64,000 bases of DNA from Synechococcus sp. Lineage in GTDB: Bacteria; Cyanobacteriota; Cyanobacteriia; PCC-6307; Cyanobiaceae. The DNA lies in NCBI GenBank assembly GCA_047285535.1, contig JBJBDC010000001.1, positions 2,880,136-2,944,135 of the forward strand. The letters run 5' to 3'. The stretch's first letter is position 1; each line of letters begins with the position of its first letter. The notes below the pieces were generated by a model. That model saw nothing but the letters and a program-made list of their open reading frames with translations. It was not told the origin of the DNA and made no database searches. The position numbers and the translations under genes are program-made. This document shows positions 23,249 through 33,463 of the stretch, in pieces.

Positions 23249-25249
23249 GGTTTGGAGTGTGGAAGAGTGCTGCGGGATCAGGCTCGGGTTGAAGGGGCTG
23301 CTCTTTGGTGGTGCGATCAGTCGCCGGACTAGGGCCAGCAAGGCACGGCCTTCCTGAGGTGCCTGCCGATCAACCCAGCATCCCGGCCGGCAAAACAGCC
23401 AGCGGATCAGGGCATAGCGCTCTTGCCGCGGCAAGTGTCCCCAGTGGAGAAGGGCTTCTGTCTCTGTTGTGTGCATCAAGTTCACTGGTAAAGCCGGCAG
23501 CTCTTGGCACCAGCGCAGCCTGGAACTGGCAACCCATGGCAAGGGCGAACGGGAGTAGGTGATCCTGGCGCCGCTTTCGCTTAAGGCCGTAATGCAGCAG
23601 GGGTAACGGTGCCCCCCGTCGTCTTCGATCCAGGCTTCTGTTTTGAGCTTCTGCCAGGGGTAAAGATCCTTTGCCGCAGGATCCCAGCAAGCACGAATCG
23701 CCACGAGCAAGCTGAGCAGATTGATCAGGCCCCAGACCAATCCAACAGGTCGACCAGCCAAAACCTGATCCGGGAGATGGCTGCCATTGGACAGCAGACC
23801 GTGGAGATTTACCAGATTGAACAGCGCCAGGGCCAGGAGCGGAACTAACAGCTGCAGGCTGTAGCTCCCGCGGTCACGGCGCTGATGTTTAGGTGTGACC
23901 CGAAATCCACTGATGCGTCCCACAAGGTTGGTCAGCACGGTCATGGTGAGGGGAACGGTGAGTACCCAGCCGGTGAGCTCGCTCAAGAAGGCTGTTCTTG
24001 AACCTCGGTTGATCCAGCTCAGGCTCAATACTTGCAAACACCAAAGAGGAAATAACAGGGTCAACGCGGCTTGGACAGTCAGTAGAATTGGAACGATTCC
24101 GAGCAGGCCATAGCTGAGGGGCATCAACATCAGCACCAGCCTTGGCACGTTGTTGAACCAATGCATCGCGCCCTCCAGGTAGGCAATGCGTTGCCCAAGA
24201 GATAGCCCTTCACATCGCACTGGACCGCTTCTGAGCCGAAGGCTTTGCAACGTGCCAGAGGCCCAGCGTTGCCTCTGTCGTACAAAATCAGCCATGGTTT
24301 CAGCGGCCAAGCCAGCGCTGAGCTTTTCTTGTAAGTACAGCAGTCGCCAGTGATGACGACGCAGACTGATTCCGGTGACGAAATCCTCCGAGATGGCTGG
24401 TTCTACGAAGCCCCCGATCTGATCAAGTGCTTTCCGTTTCAAGACAAAGGAGGTGCCGGCGCAAACAACAGCTCCCCAGCCATCGCGGATGGGTTCGATC
24501 CAGCGATAGAAACTCTCTTCATCTGAGAGTAGCCAGTCTTCCATTGCCAGATTGCGCATCACTGGGTCGGCGTTGATGAACGTCTGCGGGGTCTGAATGA
24601 GGGCGACATCAGGGTCGAGAAGAAAGCCAATGCTGTGATCGAGAAATGTTCGCTGGGGGATGAAGTCAGCATCGAAAACGGCTATCAGTTCGCCCTTGCA
24701 ATGGCGCAGCCCATAGTTGAGATTGCCGGCCTTTGCATTCACTCGTTCCGGGCGGTGAAGGTATCGGCATCCAAGGCCGGTCACTAACGACTGCACCTCT
24801 TGGCGATTGCTGTCATCAAGAACCCACACTTTGGTGTGGGGATAGGACAAGTTTGTGCAGCCAATCAGGGTGCGTTCCAGCACATTTAAAGGCTCGCCAT
24901 AGGTCGGGATCAAGATGTCCACGTCTGGACGCCACCCGCTATCAGCCCAGCGCTGATGTCGTTGGTCGATCTCTTGCCGGCGATCTGGGAACGGTTGCCA
25001 AGCCAACCAGAGCGGAACCAATCCACCCAGCAACAACCAGGCCTCAGCGAGCAGGAGCAGCACGCTGAGGGTGATCGATAAGCGACTATCGAAGTTGAGG
25101 CTGGAGGTCACTCTCCAGATCAAATAGCGAAAGGTGAACAGACTGATCAGCAGGATCAGGCTGCGCCGTCCCCAGATCGGGGTGTCTTGTTCGGGGCGAC
25201 GGATCAGCCAGAGCGGCCAGAGCAGCAGCAGAAGAAACAACGCATTCAT
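23201..25249 (-). CDS. bcsA: Cellulose synthase catalytic subunit-like GT2 glycosyltransferase
   Basis: LDD, NAKAGN, FDAD, QTPQ, SED and QRQRW motifs, TM helices and a PilZ-like C-terminus. Confidence 0.8.
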   Translation of the reverse strand: MNALFLLLLLWPLWLIRRPEQDTPIWGRRSLILLISLFTFRYLIWRVTSSLNFDSRLSITLSVLLLLAEAWLLLGGLVPLWLAWQPFPDRRQEIDQRHQRWADSGWRPDVDILIPTYGEPLNVLERTLIGCTNLSYPHTKVWVLDDSNRQEVQSLVTGLGCRYLHRPERVNAKAGNLNYGLRHCKGELIAVFDADFIPQRTFLDHSIGFLLDPDVALIQTPQTFINADPVMRNLAMEDWLLSDEESFYRWIEPIRDGWGAVVCAGTSFVLKRKALDQIGGFVEPAISEDFVTGISLRRHHWRLLYLQEKLSAGLAAETMADFVRQRQRWASGTLQSLRLRSGPVRCEGLSLGQRIAYLEGAMHWFNNVPRLVLMLMPLSYGLLGIVPILLTVQAALTLLFPLWCLQVLSLSWINRGSRTAFLSELTGWVLTVPLTMTVLTNLVGRISGFRVTPKHQRRDRGSYSLQLLVPLLALALFNLVNLHGLLSNGSHLPDQVLAGRPVGLVWGLINLLSLLVAIRACWDPAAKDLYPWQKLKTEAWIEDDGGHRYPCCITALSESGARITYSRSPLPWVASSRLRWCQELPALPVNLMHTTETEALLHWGHLPRQERYALIRWLFCRPGCWVDRQAPQEGRALLALVRRLIAPPKSSPFNPSLIPQHSSTLQTSAHEKIPRPRDCLRG

Positions 25250-26241
25250 TCCATTCGCTGCATCTGTTGATCGAGCAAATCAAGGGCCGTGGCGGGCGTG
25301 GGCGCGCGCATCAGCTGTTGCCGAAACTGGGATGCGCCCTGGAAGCCAGTGCAGGTCCAGCTCATGTGTTTCCGGGCAATCAAGAGGCCGTGATCTCCAC
25401 GAGCCTCGATCAGCGCCAGGAGTTGCTCCTTGGCGAGGGCTAAGCGCGCCATCGGTGCGGGTGTGGCTGGAATCGGCCGATCACTGAGTGCTGCATCGAT
25501 TTGGCCCAAAAGCCAAGGGGCACCCATGCTTCCGCGACCCACCATCACGCCATCGGCACCAGTGATATGGAGACATAGAAGGGCATCCTCTGGGCTGTTC
25601 ACATCCCCGTTGGCAATGACAGGAATGTTCAGAGCTGCTTTAACTGCGGCAATGGCGTTCCAATCCGCAGTGCCGCTGAAGCGTTGCTCTCGCGTGCGCC
25701 CGTGGAGCGTCAGCATTCGCGCCCCTGCCTCCTCCAAGCGTCGGCACCAGTTCACGGCGGCCTCAGCCCCTACAGCGTTGTGTTCACCACACCAGCCGAG
25801 ACGGGTTTTCACCGTGACCGGAAGTCCCACTGCGGCCACTACGGTGTCGACAATTCTGCAAGCCAGATCCGGGTCACGAATCAGACCGCTGCCACCGCCT
25901 TTTCGGGCGATTTTGCGAACAGGACAGCCCATATTGATGTCGATCAGAAAGGCTCCGGCATCGGCCGCACGACGGGCTGCATCGGCCATGGCGTCGGGAT
26001 GGTGATCAAACAGCTGTACCCCGATGGGCCCTGTTTCCTCCTGCAGACCGTCCATCTTGAGCTGTCCGTGGCCCAATTCAAGGCTGGTGGCATTCACCAT
26101 TTCGGTAAATAGCAATGCATCGGGAGCCCAGCGGCGCACCAGTTGCCTGAAGATTCGATCGCTGACGCCAGCGAGAGGGGATTGGAGTGCGCGGCATCTG
26201 AGTTGTCGCTCTAAAAGTCGACCCTGAATCTTCAGCGGCAT
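25246..26241 (-). CDS. dusB: tRNA-dihydrouridine synthase B
   Basis: PLAGVSD, DINMGCP, VTVKTRLGW, LHGRT, NGDV, ARKH. Confidence 0.95.
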   Translation of the reverse strand: MPLKIQGRLLERQLRCRALQSPLAGVSDRIFRQLVRRWAPDALLFTEMVNATSLELGHGQLKMDGLQEETGPIGVQLFDHHPDAMADAARRAADAGAFLIDINMGCPVRKIARKGGGSGLIRDPDLACRIVDTVVAAVGLPVTVKTRLGWCGEHNAVGAEAAVNWCRRLEEAGARMLTLHGRTREQRFSGTADWNAIAAVKAALNIPVIANGDVNSPEDALLCLHITGADGVMVGRGSMGAPWLLGQIDAALSDRPIPATPAPMARLALAKEQLLALIEARGDHGLLIARKHMSWTCTGFQGASQFRQQLMRAPTPATALDLLDQQMQRME

Positions 26242-26328
26242 GGCCAGAGGCCGAAGACACTCTCATTGTGCTGGTCCGAAAGAGGCTCCTTTCGCGCACT
26301 GGCAGTTCGGACAACAGTTGTGACTGTT

Positions 26329-26424
26329 ATGTCTTCAACCATGTCTTCAACCATGTCTTCAACAGCGTCTTGAATCGTGTCTTGAATGTTCCATTTCTGG
26401 TTCATCTTCTGGTTCATCGTTGGT
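26329..26424. repeat. 12-bp-period tandem array with graded divergence
   Basis: ATGTCTTCAACC x2, ATGTCTTCAACA, GCGTCTTGAATC, GTGTCTTGAATG, TTCCATTTCTGG, TTCATCTTCTGG, TTCATCGTTGGT. Confidence 0.85.
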
Positions 26425-26498
26425 GACCGCCACCCCCATTTTTTTGCTTCTCAAGGTACGGTGCTGGGGCGAAAGATGGATGTTTCCGGTCTGCTCGT

Positions 26499-26960
26499 AT
26501 GTCCTCAACATTCTGGCCTCTTAGCCGGCTGTTATTGGAGCGAATCCTGGAAGATCGCATCAGTGATCGTTTTGTAGCGGAGAGGGTCTGGGAGCGCCTG
26601 GGGTATCAGCAGGAAGGCCCAGGCCTGATCTGGATGGCCGGGTCTGAGACACCTTCTGTATGGCAAGAGGCCTTCCCCCTGGCTCCTGAAGTCATCAGTC
26701 TTCGTTCTGCGTCAGTACAGCTCACCCGCTCGATTCCGCGCCAGTTCAAACAATTACTGAAAGAGCAGCTGGAGTTTCCTGGCTATCGAATTGGTGAGCT
26801 TTACCCTCGACGTACGCGTCGGGCCACAGCCGTCAATTGGCTTTTGGCATGGCTGGCATCCCGTGGTCAGGTGCTGGCAGAGGAAGGGCCCCTGCCGCAG
26901 CTGCTTGACCCGCCTCTCAACCCTGTGAGTGGTCATCCCGGAGATTTGCCCGTGACTTGA
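26499..26960 (+). CDS. DUF1823-like conserved cyanobacterial protein
   Basis: VWERLGY, LTRSIP..KQLLKEQL.F.GY, PRRTRRATAVNWLL. Confidence 0.8.
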   Translation: MSSTFWPLSRLLLERILEDRISDRFVAERVWERLGYQQEGPGLIWMAGSETPSVWQEAFPLAPEVISLRSASVQLTRSIPRQFKQLLKEQLEFPGYRIGELYPRRTRRATAVNWLLAWLASRGQVLAEEGPLPQLLDPPLNPVSGHPGDLPVT

Positions 26961-26963
26961 GGG

Positions 26964-27347
26964 CTAGGCCTGAATAATGACCTTGGTCCCTTTAGGCGTG
27001 TTTTCGAATAGCCATCGAGCTTGATGGGTGGGCATGCGCACGCAGCCGTTACTTCTAGGCACCCCAAAGGGTTGGCCAGCATTTTCTTGCCAGGGAGCGG
27101 CATGCATGCAGATCGCTTCGTTCGCTGTGATGCACATGGCGTAGGGAACGTTCGGCGAGATATAGTCACGTCCACGCATCGTGACCGAACGGTATTTCGT
27201 GAGCACGGAAGCATGCCCTGTGGGTGTGGGCGAGGAAGCTTTGCCAGTACTCACGGGGATCACCCTGACTGTTTGCTCTTTCTGGTCCAGGACGGTGAGG
27301 GTCTGATCGGAGAGATCAACCACGAGCGTTGCAATGAGTTCGAGCAT
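26964..27347 (-). CDS. L,D-transpeptidase (YkuD) domain protein
   Basis: VDLSDQTL, PVSTG, TPTG, H...SNGCVRM catalytic motif. Confidence 0.88.
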   Translation of the reverse strand: MLELIATLVVDLSDQTLTVLDQKEQTVRVIPVSTGKASSPTPTGHASVLTKYRSVTMRGRDYISPNVPYAMCITANEAICMHAAPWQENAGQPFGVPRSNGCVRMPTHQARWLFENTPKGTKVIIQA

Positions 27348-27480
27348 GTCTGTGACGCCGTAGCAGCTGTCCCAGGCCTAGCCATCTTGCGTGCGTCTCA
27401 TTGGTCTCTTTCTGAATGATTTCGCATTTCTTTGATGGGTCACCTCTGTACTGTCAAGACTGTTGTTCTCTACGATTCTC

Positions 27481-28848
27481 TTGGCACGTCCGGTCGTCGC
27501 CATCATCGGCCGTCCCAACGTCGGCAAGTCGACTTTGGTGAATCGACTGTGTCGGAGTCGTGAAGCCATCGTTCACGATCAGCCTGGAGTGACGCGTGAT
27601 CGTACGTATCAGGATGGGTACTGGGGAGATCGAGAGTTCAAGGTTGTGGACACCGGTGGTTTGGTGTTTGATGACGACAGTGAATTCCTTCCTGAGATTC
27701 GGCAGCAGGCCAGTCTGGCCCTGGCTGAAGCCAGTGTGGCGTTGGTGATTGTTGATGGTCAACAGGGCCTGACCGCAGCCGATGAATCGATTGCGGAATG
27801 GCTTCGCACGCAGAATTGTCAGACCCTTCTTGCGGTCAACAAGTGTGAGTCTGTTGAGCAAGGGCTTGCCATGGCTGCAGAGTTCTGGAGGCTTGGCCTT
27901 GGAGAACCTCATCCGATTTCGGCGATCCATGGGGCTGGCACAGGCGAGCTGTTGGATCAGGTGCTCAACTTTTTGCCTCCGAAGGATGAGGAGAGCGATG
28001 ACAATGAGCCAATCCAGCTTGCGATCATTGGGCGACCCAATGTGGGAAAGTCCAGCTTGCTTAATGCGATTTGTGGCGAAACCCGGGCGATTGTTAGTCC
28101 GATTCGTGGGACCACTAGAGACACCATTGATACGCGCATTGAACGAGAGAATCGTCCTTGGCGATTGATCGATACAGCAGGGATTCGCCGGCGCCGCAGT
28201 GTGAATTATGGGCCTGAATTTTTTGGAATCAACCGTAGTTTCAAAGCGATTGAACGGAGTGATGTTTGCATTTTAGTGATTGATGCTCTTGACGGGGTGA
28301 CGGAGCAGGATCAACGCCTGGCTGGTCGCATCGAAGAAGACGGCCGTGCTTGCGTTGTGGTGGTGAATAAGTGGGACGCAGTCGAAAAAGACAGTCACAC
28401 CATGACGGCGATGGAGAAGGAGCTTCGCGCCAAGCTTTATTTCCTTGATTGGGCTCCCATGCTGTTTACTTCTGCCCTTACGGGGCAGCGTGTGGATAGC
28501 ATTTTCGCTCTTGCGGCTCTTGCCGTAGAGCAGCACCGCCGAAGGGTGACGACATCGGTTGTGAATGAAGTGCTGAAGGAAGCCCTCAGCTGGCGGAGTC
28601 CACCAACGACACGAGGTGGCAGGCAGGGTCGCTTGTATTACGGCACTCAGGTGGCGAGTCGCCCGCCAAGTTTTACTCTCTTTGTGAATGACCCAAAGCT
28701 GTTTGGAGACACATATCGCCGTTATGTGGAGCGGCAAATTCGTGAAGGTCTCGGTTTTGATGGCACTCCAGTGAAGCTGTTCTGGCGTGGTAAGCAGCAG
28801 CGTGATGCAGAACGTGATCTGGTCCGCCAGCAGAACCGCCAAGGTTGA
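27481..28848 (+). CDS. der: Ribosome biogenesis GTPase Der (EngA)
   Basis: Two GRPNVGKS P-loops, DTGG/DTAG and NKCE/NKWD. TTG start at 27481. Confidence 0.98.
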   Translation: MARPVVAIIGRPNVGKSTLVNRLCRSREAIVHDQPGVTRDRTYQDGYWGDREFKVVDTGGLVFDDDSEFLPEIRQQASLALAEASVALVIVDGQQGLTAADESIAEWLRTQNCQTLLAVNKCESVEQGLAMAAEFWRLGLGEPHPISAIHGAGTGELLDQVLNFLPPKDEESDDNEPIQLAIIGRPNVGKSSLLNAICGETRAIVSPIRGTTRDTIDTRIERENRPWRLIDTAGIRRRRSVNYGPEFFGINRSFKAIERSDVCILVIDALDGVTEQDQRLAGRIEEDGRACVVVVNKWDAVEKDSHTMTAMEKELRAKLYFLDWAPMLFTSALTGQRVDSIFALAALAVEQHRRRVTTSVVNEVLKEALSWRSPPTTRGGRQGRLYYGTQVASRPPSFTLFVNDPKLFGDTYRRYVERQIREGLGFDGTPVKLFWRGKQQRDAERDLVRQQNRQG

Positions 28849-28853
28849 TCCCC

Positions 28854-29738
28854 ATGGACTGGTTGCGACAGATCCCGATCGGACAGTATGTCGATGGCCG
28901 CGCTGGATGGCTCCGCCAGATCGATCCCCGGTTGAAGCTGGGCTGGGTGGTGATGTTTTTGTTGACCCCCGTTCTTGCTGGTCCGGTTTGGCGTCTTGGA
29001 CTTGTGCTGTCTTTGATGGCGATCACCGCCGTGAGTGGTTTGCCCCCCAGGTTGTGGTGGCGTTCTCTGCTCTTGGTCTTCTCCCTTGGTGTTGGCATCG
29101 GCCTATTGGCTTTGTTACTGCCCACGGGTGATCCTGTGGCTAGCCATTCCATTCGCCCTGTTCAAGAATTGCAAGGTTTGTCACTACAGACGCCTGCTTG
29201 GGATTTAGTTCGGTTGGGGCCTCTGGTGGTGAGTCGACGCTCGGCTGAGCTTGGTCTCAACAGCGCAACGCTGATTGTCACCGTCATGCACAGCGTGAAT
29301 TTGTTGCTGTTATCCACTCCAAGCGAAGACTTGATGTGGGCCTTGAGTTGGTGCTTGTTACCCCTGACCAGATTTGGTGTGCCAGTGGATCGGCTTTGCT
29401 TTCAATTGCTTTTGGCACTGCGTTTCCTTCCGCTGGTTCAAGAAGAACTTCAGAATTTGTTGAGGTCAGTGGCGAGTCGAGCTGTCAATCTTCGTCAGCT
29501 TGGCTTCAAGGCCTCCTTCGGGCTCATCCTTGCGGTGGGCGAACGATTACTCGCTAATATTTTGTTGCGTGCTGAGCAAGGGGCTGATGCCTTGATTGCC
29601 AGAGGTGGGCGTTGGCTTCCTGCCGATTCCTTTCGACCGGTTCAGAATTCATCAGCACTGTCTCGTGTCTTGAATTTGCTGTCATTTCTTGGCCTAATCT
29701 CTTTACTGGGATTGAGAGGCAAGTACGGTTCTCTATAA
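28854..29738 (+). CDS. ECF transporter T component (CbiQ/EcfT family)
   Basis: DPRLKL, LALRFLPLV.EE, and SRA/ARG motifs. Confidence 0.88.
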   Translation: MDWLRQIPIGQYVDGRAGWLRQIDPRLKLGWVVMFLLTPVLAGPVWRLGLVLSLMAITAVSGLPPRLWWRSLLLVFSLGVGIGLLALLLPTGDPVASHSIRPVQELQGLSLQTPAWDLVRLGPLVVSRRSAELGLNSATLIVTVMHSVNLLLLSTPSEDLMWALSWCLLPLTRFGVPVDRLCFQLLLALRFLPLVQEELQNLLRSVASRAVNLRQLGFKASFGLILAVGERLLANILLRAEQGADALIARGGRWLPADSFRPVQNSSALSRVLNLLSFLGLISLLGLRGKYGSL

Positions 29739-29744
29739 CTAACG

Positions 29745-30023
29745 ATGGATTGTGTTTTGGGAGCAGAGCGTTACCTTAATCATCCCACCTTTGGAATGCT
29801 TTATCAGGTCTCGACCGCTGGAGAAGGGCGTGATCTTTACGCCACTCTTTATGCACAGCGCATGTTCTTCTTGGTGACGCTTCAACCCCGTGGAGCTCAG
29901 TTCGAAGTGATTCCTTATCAGGACGCACGACATCATGCGGAGTTGCACCTAGCCCGTTGCCGACGCGATCGTGCTCCTGATTTTGCAGAGTGGAAGCAGC
30001 TGTTCGATCAAACATTCATTTGA
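29745..30023 (+). CDS. pipX: PII/NtcA-interacting protein PipX
   Basis: ERYLNHPTFGMLY, ATLYAQRMFFLV; directly upstream of pipY. Confidence 0.95.
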   Translation: MDCVLGAERYLNHPTFGMLYQVSTAGEGRDLYATLYAQRMFFLVTLQPRGAQFEVIPYQDARHHAELHLARCRRDRAPDFAEWKQLFDQTFI

Positions 30024-30697
30024 TGGTGTCCAGCAGTTTTGAATCAGACACGATTGAGGCCCGATGGCGGAGGATTCATCAAGAGTGCCCCGATCTTGTG
30101 AACTTGCTGGCAGTAAGCAAAGGCCACTCAGCAATGGCCGTGCGCGAGCTGGCAGATATTGGTCAGATTGATTTTGGTGAGAGCAGGGTGCAAGAAGCAC
30201 TTCCTAAGCAACAAGAATTGAGCGATATCTCGCAATTGCGCTGGCATTTCATAGGACGCCTTCAGTCGAACAAAGTTAGGGCAGTTGTGCGTGCTTTCCC
30301 CGTCATTCATTCGATTGATTCTCAGGAGTTGGCGGAGAGGACCTCAAGAATTGCCTTAGAGGAAGATCAGATTCCTGAGGTGTTTTTTCAGGTCAAGCTT
30401 CGCGACGATCCAGCGAAAGGTGGATTAGACCCGTTTGCGTTGCGTGAGATTTGGCCAAGGCTTCAGTCTCTTCCTGGCTTGAAGCCAATTGGACTGATGA
30501 CGATGGCTCCTCTTGGCATGGAAGCTGCAGACCGCCAGAACCTCTTCCATGACTGCAGGACTCTGGCGGATGAACTCGGCTTGCCGGATTGCTCAATGGG
30601 GATGAGCGGAGACTGGCAACTAGCTGCTAGGGCTGGTGCTACGTGGGTGCGCTTGGGCTCTGGATTGTTCGGACCCAGGCCAGAACGCTCTATTTAA
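30023..30697 (+). CDS. pipY: PLP homeostasis protein (YggS/PipY)
   Basis: LLAVSK, FGESRVQE, WHFIGRLQSNK, SMGMSGD, VRLGS.LFG. Confidence 0.95.
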   Translation: MVSSSFESDTIEARWRRIHQECPDLVNLLAVSKGHSAMAVRELADIGQIDFGESRVQEALPKQQELSDISQLRWHFIGRLQSNKVRAVVRAFPVIHSIDSQELAERTSRIALEEDQIPEVFFQVKLRDDPAKGGLDPFALREIWPRLQSLPGLKPIGLMTMAPLGMEAADRQNLFHDCRTLADELGLPDCSMGMSGDWQLAARAGATWVRLGSGLFGPRPERSI

Positions 30698-30804
30698 AGG
30701 CCATTGAGCCTGAATATGAGTTGTGATGATGATCAAATCGCCCAGTCACTCTTGCTCACAACTCTGTTCAGCGCTATTCAGGGTCAAGGTTTGATTGCTT
30801 TCAG

Positions 30805-31380
30805 GTGTCGCTTATTTCTCGTCTTCGCGCAGTTGTTGCGGGTGATGATTACCTTGATGGGGATTATGACGATCTCGATTACGACACTGGTGATCAGGAT
30901 GATGTCGAAGACGTCCCGCAGCGTTCTATGGCGAGTGCTCTGGCAACACTAGATTCTGCTAATCCTTTTGAAACTGATCAGTCTTTCTCAGGATCAAATG
31001 TGATCGGGATGCCTGGAATTAGCACAGGCACTGCCGAGGTCTCTCTCATGGAACCTCGCAGTTTTGATGAAATGCCCGCAGCGATTCAAGCCCTGCGAGA
31101 ACGAAAGACTGTGATCCTCAATCTCACAATGATGGAGCCTGATCAAGCGCAACGGGCTGTTGATTTTGTGGCTGGCGGTACTTTTGCGATTGATGGTCAT
31201 CAAGAGCGTGTAGGTGAAAGTATTTTTCTGTTTGCCCCCAGCTGTGTGACCGTGACCAACGTCAGTCAAGACGAAAGTTCCACTCCGACCCACGTTTCCA
31301 AGGATGTAGAGCAAGCCTCTTCAGAAGCCAGCATTGCTCCAACTCCAGCATGGAGTGCAACAAGCGCCACGGCACTTTGA
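30805..31380 (+). CDS. sepF: Cell division protein SepF
   Basis: [23 protein letters not shown]. Confidence 0.95.
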   Translation: MSLISRLRAVVAGDDYLDGDYDDLDYDTGDQDDVEDVPQRSMASALATLDSANPFETDQSFSGSNVIGMPGISTGTAEVSLMEPRSFDEMPAAIQALRERKTVILNLTMMEPDQAQRAVDFVAGGTFAIDGHQERVGESIFLFAPSCVTVTNVSQDESSTPTHVSKDVEQASSEASIAPTPAWSATSATAL

Positions 31381-31387
31381 TCGTTCA

Positions 31388-32203
31388 GTGCCTTTCGCTT
31401 TAGGTGTGATTGGTCTGGGTCGTATGGCTCAGGCCCTTGTGACCCCCCTTATTGAACAGGGCCTAATCCAAGCTGATGACGTTATTGGTGTAGTTGGCCG
31501 TCAGCAATCATCGGAGACGCTCTCCTCTCGTACGCCTTTAAGAATCAAGGTTGTCTCTTCAAGCGATGAGCAGGCTCGAGAGGCTTGGGGTTCATCGGTG
31601 CAACTGTTGGCTGTCAAGCCACAGGTGCTTGATGAGGTAGCTGCTTCGGCACCGCCTGCATCGGATTCAACACTGCTAATTTCAGTGTTGGCTGGAGTGC
31701 CTCTTTCTCGTCTGCAAGGTTTGTTCCCTGGAAGGCGTTGTGTTCGGGCCGTGCCCAATACTCCATGCCTAGTCGGACAGGGATTAACAGCTCTCGCCTG
31801 GGGCGCCGGCATCTCAGACCAACAGAAACAACGAGTTCGCACCTTTTTTGAGCCCGTCAGTGAGGTTTTAGAGCTGCCTGAAGAACGTCTGGATGCTTTT
31901 CTTGCGCTGACCTCATCGGGTCCGGCCTATGTCGCCTTAATGGCTGAGGCGATGGCCGACGGTGCGGTTGCCGTTGGTATGCCGCGGGTTCAGGCTCAGC
32001 ATTTGGCTCATCGAACGCTCGCTGGTACAGCAGCCCTCCTTCATGAGCAAAAGCTCCACCCTGGCGAGCTCAAAGATATGGTGGCTTCCCCTGGAGGCAC
32101 CACAATGGCGGCGTTGCGCCATCTAGAGAAAGCCGGGTTGCGTTCAGCGTTGATCGAAGCCGTGATCACGGCTACTAACCATGGCAAAGGGATGGCCAGA
32201 TGA
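31388..32203 (+). CDS. proC: Pyrroline-5-carboxylate reductase
   Basis: IGLGRMA, AVKPQ, RAVPNTP, SSGPAY, VASPGGTT. Confidence 0.96.
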   Translation: MPFALGVIGLGRMAQALVTPLIEQGLIQADDVIGVVGRQQSSETLSSRTPLRIKVVSSSDEQAREAWGSSVQLLAVKPQVLDEVAASAPPASDSTLLISVLAGVPLSRLQGLFPGRRCVRAVPNTPCLVGQGLTALAWGAGISDQQKQRVRTFFEPVSEVLELPEERLDAFLALTSSGPAYVALMAEAMADGAVAVGMPRVQAQHLAHRTLAGTAALLHEQKLHPGELKDMVASPGGTTMAALRHLEKAGLRSALIEAVITATNHGKGMAR

Positions 32204-32253
32204 TCTTGGTCTTGCCGTATCTATTTTCCACTCCTAATTCATCCTCTCCCCTG

Positions 32254-33444
32254 CTAAATGGTCAGTGCTGTTTGAGTGATAAGAGTTTCATAAAGTTGTT
32301 CCAGTGCGTCGATGTTAGCCATTATCTGGTATCTCTCCATCACCCTCTCTCGAGCGCGCAGCCCAAGCTCTTGTGTGAGCAGAGGTTGATCACGGAGTAG
32401 GGGCAGAAGGGTGCGGAGTTGAGTCGTCACCCCTTGGGTGCTTAGCACGATGCCTGCACCGCCTGAAAGCACTTCTCCATCGGCTCCAGCATCAGTGGCC
32501 ACGCAAGCGCACTGACAGGCCATGGCCTCCAGTAGAGCTAAAGAAAGACCTTCAACAAGTGATGGCAGGACAAAGACTTCAGCACATTGCAGCAGTGCGA
32601 TGCGAGTGTTGAGATCGTCTTCGTAACCCCACCACAGCAGGTCACCCATTCCGTTGTCATAAACATTTTGCAAGGTGCTGCGAAGAGGACCGTCTCCGAC
32701 AATCACCAACCTGCAGCCAGACGGTTGTACCAGTCGCCAGGCGCGTAACAAGGCTTCCACATTTTTTTCTGTTGCGATCCGTCCCATGTAAAGACAAATG
32801 CGCTGATCACCAAGGCGCGAGCGCACGGCATGCAACTCCTTGCTGATTGAGGCGGGATTGGTTGGTGGGGGAGACCAGCGTTCTGGATCAACACCATTTG
32901 GAATGACGGCGAGACACTCTTCATGCACCCCTAAACGGTTGAGTACGTCAGCCTGCAGATCGGAAAAGACGATCACACGGTTGTAGCGAGACAGTGCAGG
33001 TGCATAGAGCTGGTAGGTGAGCTGTTGCGTGCCAGCTGTGAGGTTGCGCAAGCCTGCATCAAAGGGTGGATGAAAGGTTGCCACCAGTGGAATCCCTAAT
33101 TGCTTACAAAGCTCCGGAAGGAGGAAGTCGAGGGGAGAAAGGGTGAGGCTTGCATGCACAACATCGGGCTTGAGTCTTTCGAGCGATTCACGCAATTCCC
33201 GTTGTGCTCTAGGGGAGGGAATTGTGTAGACCTGAGATTTCACTAAATACGGCAGGCTCACATCGGGATCGTTTGCCACTAACGAGGTGTTGTTGCTGCC
33301 GGTAGAGCCAGGGTTATCGAAATGAATGAAGCTGGTTTGATGCCCGCGTTGTCTTAGGGCCTCTGTTGTGCTCAGCCCATAGGTGACGTTGCCGCAGAAC
33401 GGAGTTTTTTTGCCCAGCCAGGCAATATGCGTCACCGCCACCAT
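32254..33444 (-). CDS. GT4 family glycosyltransferase
   Basis: IPNGVD, MGRIATEKN, VGDGP, PSLVEGLSLALLEAMA. Confidence 0.92.
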   Translation of the reverse strand: MVAVTHIAWLGKKTPFCGNVTYGLSTTEALRQRGHQTSFIHFDNPGSTGSNNTSLVANDPDVSLPYLVKSQVYTIPSPRAQRELRESLERLKPDVVHASLTLSPLDFLLPELCKQLGIPLVATFHPPFDAGLRNLTAGTQQLTYQLYAPALSRYNRVIVFSDLQADVLNRLGVHEECLAVIPNGVDPERWSPPPTNPASISKELHAVRSRLGDQRICLYMGRIATEKNVEALLRAWRLVQPSGCRLVIVGDGPLRSTLQNVYDNGMGDLLWWGYEDDLNTRIALLQCAEVFVLPSLVEGLSLALLEAMACQCACVATDAGADGEVLSGGAGIVLSTQGVTTQLRTLLPLLRDQPLLTQELGLRARERVMERYQIMANIDALEQLYETLITQTALTI

Positions 33445-33463
33445 TCGCAGGCCCTGGCAGACG

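Noticed and set aside
25430..26112. Long antisense ORFs over dusB (and similar ones over glpK, der, pdhC and the trans-sulfuration genes)
   Set aside because: They are shadow frames of well-supported genes in GC-rich coding DNA.
26329..26424. Possible CRISPR array
   Set aside because: The 12-bp units are contiguous with no spacers, and there are no cas genes in the window.
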